This document shows positions 57,001 to 58,843 of a DNA stretch of 58,843 nucleotides, piece after piece. The stretch spans positions 124,482-183,324 of the forward strand of contig CAZLAD010000001.1 in the NCBI GenBank assembly GCA_964557535.1. The letters run 5' to 3'. The DNA comes from an uncultured Candidatus Saccharibacteria bacterium. GTDB taxonomy: Bacteria > Patescibacteriota > Minisyncoccia > Phycocordibacterales > CSBR16-119. The notes under the pieces are model-generated. The model did no database searches, was not told the DNA's origin, and worked only from the letters and a program-made list of their open reading frames with translations. The translations under genes and the position numbers were made by a program. Positions within the stretch are counted from its first letter, which is position 1; every line of letters begins with the position of its first letter.

Positions 57001-58843
57001 GTCCCAATATTTCCTGAAAGAGTTGAAGCTCCAAAGTTAAGAGTAAATCCGGCTCCTGTTGCACCACCAGTGAGTGTTCCAACAGTCGTGACATTTGAAA
57101 GAGTATCAAGTGCTGATTCAATTGTTGATTCAGTTGTTCCGTCAATTGCATCAAGGCCATTGAGTGTTCCTGTTCCTGTAAGGGTAAGTGTGTCAGCAGA
57201 TAGAGCCGTCGCTCCAAGCGCCCCCGTCGTTGCATCATACGTCAGTGCCCCATCCGTCTTTGGCGCAAGAGAACCAGTCGCCGAGTCATATATTCCAATG
57301 AATGATGTAGCGTCAGAGCCATCAACGACGGTGACGGTACCGGCAAGGGTAGCTGCGTCAACGGTAATGGTGTTTGGAATATCTGCATCAGTGAGTGAAG
57401 CACAGGTGAGGTTTCCATTGGCGGCAATGGTGGTCGCAAACGTGTTAGCACCACAATCTGTTGGGTTGGAAGCTAATGCAGTTGCCGTGTCGGCGTTCCC
57501 GGTGACATTTCCGGTTAGTCCTCCAACAAAGGTGGTGGCGGTAAGTGCATCAGTTGTAGCGTTGTAGGTGAGTCCGGCATCAGTTGCAGGAGCAAGAGAT
57601 CCAGTAGCAGCGGTGCCGAGAGCAACGAAGGTCGTGGTGTCTCCCCCAGCATCAGCGAAGGTGACGGTGCCCGATGTTGTTGCAGAATCAATTGTGATGT
57701 TGTTTGGAACTTGTCCATCGGTGACAGCGCCTTGAAGATCAGCCAGGTCGATGACGGATTCGAGTTCAGCTTCAACCGCCGCTTCGTCGATGTCGACGGC
57801 GGTAAGACCAGTACCATCAATGTCGCCGGCGATGTCGACGGCTGACTCAATGTTGCTTTCGGTCGTAGCGTCAACGGTAAGACCGCCGGAAGTTACAAGA
57901 GTGCCGGTAATATTGACGTCATCGGAAACATCGAATTCATTGTTTGTCGTGTCATATGCAAAAGTTTGGTCACCATCAGCATCATCAAATGTAAGGATCG
58001 TGCCAGCTGAACCATTGAAGGCAGCACCAGAAGCCACGTTACCAACAGCGGTGACGTCACCGGCTGCTGCCGCTGCCCATGATGGGTTCGCACCCACACC
58101 ACCGGTTTGCAAAACTTCTCCGGCGTTACCAGCCGCAAGTCGTACCCAGTTCGTACCATCGTAGTACATGAGGTCACCTTGAGCATCAGAACCAAGAGCA
58201 ATATCAGTTCCATCCACAGCATTGTCAGCGATGACAACGGCGGTAAGTCCAGTACCAGTGACATCACCACCAATATCAAGTGCAGATTCGAGCGTGGCTT
58301 CACCAGTGGCGTCGATGGCATCAAGACCGTTCAGTGTTCCCGTGTTGGTTAAGGTGAGTGTATCAGTTGAAACAATTCCAGTAGTAGTGAAGTTGTCAGC
58401 ACCGAGATTGATCGCACCAAAGCCTGAAGTAATTGATCCAGCATCAAGTGCCCCGACGGTTGTGAGTGATGATGTGAGGACGCTTGAGTTAAGTGTGGTG
58501 CCAGTAAGTGTGCCAGCAGCAGCGGTGACGGTAATAGCTGATGTTCCATCAAAGTTCACGCCGTTGATAGCTCGAGCGGTTGCGAGAGCAGTTGCAGTTG
58601 AGGCGTTACCGGTGAGTGCTCCGACAAATGATGTCGCCGACACCGCCCCCGTCGTTGCATCATACGTCAGTGCTCCATCAGTCTTTGGCGCAAGAGAACC
58701 GGTGGCTGAGTCATAGATGCCAATGAATGATGTGGCATCAGAGCCATCAACGACGGTGACGGTGCCGGCAAGGGTCGCTGCGTCAACAGTAATGGTGTTT
58801 GGAATATCTGCATCAGTGAGTGAAGCACAGGTGAGGTTTCCAT
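51081..58843 (-). CDS. giant repeat-rich surface fibre/adhesin-like protein, 5'-truncated by the window (>2586 aa)
   Basis: The reading frame stays open from the TAA at 51081-51083 to the window edge; the frame before the listed GTG at 58643 encodes a second copy of an internal 66-aa module. Contains tail-fibre-like T/G/A/S/D repeats, a LamG-like segment (~53320-53870), an ADLAEYY...GDVV segment (~52255-52625), an H-type-lectin-like segment (~51465-51740), a PEPE linker and an acidic tail. Confidence 0.9.
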   Translation of the reverse strand, partial: GNLTCASLTDADIPNTITVDAATLAGTVTVVDGSDATSFIGIYDSATGSLAPKTDGALTYDATTGAVSATSFVGALTGNASTATALATARAINGVNFDGTSAITVTAAAGTLTGTTLNSSVLTSSLTTVGALDAGSITSGFGAINLGADNFTTTGIVSTDTLTLTNTGTLNGLDAIDATGEATLESALDIGGDVTGTGLTAVVIADNAVDGTDIALGSDAQGDLMYYDGTNWVRLAAGNAGEVLQTGGVGANPSWAAAAAGDVTAVGNVASGAAFNGSAGTILTFDDADGDQTFAYDTTNNEFDVSDDVNITGTLVTSGGLTVDATTESNIESAVDIAGDIDGTGLTAVDIDEAAVEAELESVIDLADLQGAVTDGQVPNNITIDSATTSGTVTFADAGGDTTTFVALGTAATGSLAPATDAGLTYNATTDALTATTFVGGLTGNVTGNADTATALASNPTDCGANTFATTIAANGNLTCASLTDADIPNTITVDAATLAGTVTVVDGSDATSFIGIYDSATGSLAPKTDGALTYDATTGALGATALSADTLTLTGTGTLNGLDAIDGTTESTIESALDTLSNVTTVGTLTGGATGAGFTLNFGASTLSGNIGTSNVAGLDVSDDINLTAGDGTVLTGDDVAVDLKTSTENGVGTASSASGLEFESGQLTLLQGCADNEILKWDETDDDWNCEADVTGGGGFDSTTVDSTTWSDGANASNVWTFDVSGTDTTITFGNGIVTFSNDVTVTGVLATSGGLTVDATTESNIETALDTLSNVTTVGALNAGSITSGFGAIDVGADAITTSGTIGTVATTAFTGAGATFTAAVAANGGITFDNSTDTLGAFTAGGTIAMGTQTLSGSTGDINYTNFDVVGSSGNIDVGGTITVGSSDVALTLGTGFIDADSITLFGGGNGVGITTSATGLETEGDGLTLLQGCSDAGILKWEEDTDTWDCSTDSTGSLADADYGDITVSGSGTTWNIDSGAVTTTEILDGTIAAADLDYATEDGAAADGECLQYETSGGGDFKWGSCGGGSISADSLDFIDLENSLDIDEATDINLGTNAFTIDMDSSGDFAIRDGSTDIATFSDAGVITFAPTAGSDFILNMAAGTNFQATATAAPTVDQIALTNAGFGTTTAGVDGLAINFVTGDGSDNTNSALDITLTNGGTAAGDVLRGLTLNNITPTAATETGLYIGTGFDSDIEFADASVTFQLTDRGTLSIVDGTSGVGTLLAVGSTASRGDLDVYGSIVRKGYIDQTAISNVNDVFVYDTARDTDGGAWTNSSKSQVVSWYTESKDDGAGDACNISSDDRCGTSAFPKKAILTATNDALYIFDANSNNLWMKFTQASTGALGADSNNNPSSVFAQNGIIYVGTNGSSGTGMYAFDFPGDKMIRYNTTNASQADVAISGRNSTVTYNVNSKTNMALNSNLVNDVHAATIQGGSNVLTNGGPLNGVTFAVAATDDGISVVNTAQQVTYDFGRGAITDNYQSVYLTRRGRLFGLNSTDSSVDRFGLITTGNNTVDTSVADVTTASKFFDGATRPASLWKSAPTIATNAPDALEVCEQCSYAEVDTVATGRGDVLYIGHSLGLTEIHDTNGVSAATVQPWSKFYTNAMQTDYMAATNKGMYEFEDTSGDLTDAALTNNVLEPENAPTYGVNGVRGYGLRFDGSADYLCSDVNNDGTCDVETDFRSTTTAFHVSFWFKTNGTVSALQTLVDKTMIAAGTAGSGWRIWLTTTGQVAFGVDDDTSTFPEDTGSSTDDYDDSQWHHVFFQRANAAVGLFLYVDGKLVASDTGVSSTATLETAESMLAVGAKCNSANCATAAEFFNGDMDELVFAMGGATTTDTLNQAQVRKIYLAGLEAMKHKTIAVSDATSATSTTIVDSGESWIPNEFVGQIVEITSGTGAGQTRRVSSNTATTLTVSPAWSSTPSTDSDFAIKPEFLYGSSNIVSSVGATTEPFMGRTQSLYVGTDQGSDGGGMTVFGGFGNSFVSDVYHGDSEKTDNSGSEWTGTDYDDMQAIDVRSGILATGSAAATWIEMPDKDVQQELDFLAGNINLIRAELIADGMQASGLEFGAVGSADLAEYYYSNSVLEPGDVVAIQPDQPAGISQSVLPYQTNLLGVVSTQPALTIGASAPNAYAVALAGRIPVKVTNQNGMIHVGDKLTSSSKFGYAMKATKAGAVIGTVLNEPEIMNSCDAPLPENLDEAIGDGPGVVSSDAGEGDLEEDSVNDSQGSDIDEDSDEELCGYAMVFVGLSDSLGENIDKLAQKYVDGEFENLDIGGLETEILADDPIKTEKEIMAFLKATKATYDEDTELQSIFTDKVAAAVEIIAPSVYTEGLTVDSISSFGTAINMMNDVVFFGRPYFNSDTAGFAVIKQGAKKVDIVFTTPYLTQPVISADISLESVEGEVLGDTTIEDAFFSSGINYLVTRKSVNGFTILLNQPATEDIKFSWIALAVNGAITTEGVPTGDEIVPDPVPEPEPLPDPAPEPEPAPEPEPEPEPQPEPEPDVDDQGGMEDGVVEDGSGEEVVVEGEGDSGGDTGSDVTTEGNGGGEDISDGEPSGGDQTSDGGDEGSGSTDGTEL

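Noticed and set aside
55558-58716. Many 60-180-aa ORFs on the plus strand and in off-frames of the minus strand inside the giant gene (e.g. 56281-56826, 57070-57567, 57751-58164, 58222-58716)
   Set aside because: These are shadow ORFs produced by the stop-poor G/A/T/S-codon repeats of the 7.7-kb frame. They have low-complexity S/P/V/A compositions and no independent signals.

Overview
A 58.8-kb, very gene-dense bacterial window with about 70 supported CDS, roughly 85% of them on the minus strand. There are two intact tRNAs and no rRNA or CRISPR array. All conserved genes read intact with TGA, TAA and TAG as stops, which fits the standard bacterial code. The gene content points to a Candidate Phyla Radiation / Patescibacteria (Parcubacteria-like) genome, but this is inference only. 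The supporting signs are a split transketolase, a class I aldolase, DUF5671- and cohesin-type envelope proteins, many tiny membrane ORFs, almost no Shine-Dalgarno sequences, and a giant repeat protein. Housekeeping blocks are: rpmA, rplI, ctp and rsmI; a complete F-type ATP synthase operon (atpZ/I-B-E-F-H-A-G-D-C, 7140-13615); prmC/prfA/rpmE; rplY; a pentose-phosphate/lower-glycolysis block (tkt halves, rpe, fba, rpiB, gap, 22841-28915); gatB, obg and rmuC; the head of the dcw cluster (mraZ-rsmH-ftsL-ftsI); and lysS and greA. The right third (45639-58843) is a surface-protein operon. It holds two cohesin-like membrane proteins, an FN3+dockerin protein, a beta-lactamase-fold hydrolase, and a >2586-aa repeat/LamG/lectin-like fibre gene cut by the window edge. 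The most unusual locus is 13685-14003. There, an intact tRNA-Ile(GAU) sits in a 145-bp cassette bounded by inverted repeats and TA dinucleotides, inside the anticodon loop of a second, now-split tRNA-Ile that still carries the promoter. Other notable points: a RAYT/IS200-like Y1 transposase flanked by its own hairpins; several GC-rich ORFan islets, each with its own GC hairpin; pervasive leaderless promoter geometry (-10 box 6-7 nt from the ATG); tiny membrane ORFs translationally coupled inside the sugar-metabolism operon; and a phased GTGGG (MraZ-box-like) array at the dcw promoter. All family assignments come from motif recognition by eye; no searches were run.
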